A stretch of 64,000 nt of DNA from Acidimicrobiia bacterium. GTDB taxonomy: Bacteria > Actinomycetota > Acidimicrobiia > Spongiisociales > ZC4RG35. The position numbers were made by a program, and so were the translations under genes. Positions 63,774 to 64,000 of this stretch are shown here, piece by piece. The first letter of the stretch is position 1. The number at the start of each line of letters is the position of its first letter. The stretch spans positions 10,668-74,667 of the forward strand of contig JBOGEX010000126.1 of NCBI GenBank assembly GCA_050741915.1. The letters are read 5' to 3'. The notes beneath the pieces were generated by a model. That model saw only the letters and a list, made by a program, of their open reading frames with translations, was not told the origin of the DNA and ran no database searches.

Positions 63774-64000
63774 GCCTCTTCCGATCGGAGGACTTCTCGG
63801 ACCTCGACCAGCTTGTCGAAGTACTTGGCTTCCTCTCTGGTCCCGAGCTCCCGGGGCTGGGGAAGGTCGATCTCGACTACTTCGGTGACCCGTCCGGGAC
63901 GGGGAGACATCACCACCACCTGAGTCGAGAGGAAGACTGCCTCGGGAATGGAATGGGTAACAAAGAGCACCGTGGTCTGGGTCTCTTGCCAGATCCGCAT
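63770..64000 (-). CDS. ABC transporter ATP-binding protein, C-terminal fragment (the 5' part lies beyond the window)
   Basis: ...[23 protein letters not shown]... is the H-loop region of an SsuB/TauB-like ATPase. Confidence 0.7.
   Translation of the reverse strand: MRIWQETQTTVLFVTHSIPEAVFLSTQVVVMSPRPGRVTEVVEIDLPQPRELGTREEAKYFDKLVEVREVLRSEEA

Noticed and set aside
1-64000. CRISPR arrays, rRNA or tRNA genes, integrase or transposase genes
   Set aside because: No regularly spaced direct repeats, no T-loop GTTCGA(A/T)TCC-type tRNA motifs, and no recombinase-like ORFs were found on either strand.

Overview
High-GC (roughly two-thirds G+C by eye) bacterial chromosomal window. Gene content suggests an actinobacterial-type genome: an F420-type luciferase-like oxidoreductase, a mycothiol/DinB-like protein, PspA, ClpS followed by DUF2017, and a DUF559 protein. 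I call about 65 protein-coding genes. Most are housekeeping or catabolic: metY and plsY; acyl-CoA carboxylase alpha and beta subunits; udk, proC and proline dehydrogenase; bcp and pspA; pheA and clpS; mmsA and mmsB-like; dihydropyrimidinase and ppa; a GH1 beta-glucosidase; and three ABC transporters. No rRNA, tRNA or CRISPR array was recognised.

The most interesting region is 41.9-56.4 kb. A GntR/HutC regulator sits in one long minus-strand operon with a fused class II aldolase/SDR, two further SDRs, a class V aminotransferase and a PNP/MtnN-type nucleoside phosphorylase or nucleosidase. Upstream lies a divergent pair: an MtaD-like deaminase and mtnA (methylthioribose-1-P isomerase). A BMP-family nucleoside ABC importer follows. 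Two identical 13-bp palindromes (GTTGTCAGACAAC) lie just upstream of the regulator gene and of the deaminase gene. I read this as a candidate 5'-methylthioadenosine / 5'-deoxyadenosine salvage route of the DHAP-shunt type, in which the aldolase and aldehyde reductase steps may be fused.

The window also carries several small repeated non-coding elements:
- A roughly 65-bp family in four copies (hairpin plus AACCC-N-GGGTT), each abutting a stop codon.
- About 29-bp inverted repeats bracketing the DUF559 gene.
- A perfect 16-bp direct repeat bracketing the arylamine N-acetyltransferase gene.
- A 3x tandem 13-bp repeat in a divergent promoter.
- AT-rich CAAATTCGGT motif clusters in two convergent intergenic regions.
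- A 21-bp-stem hairpin that sequesters the udk start codon.

An SLH-domain surface protein gene appears broken by at least three frameshifts.
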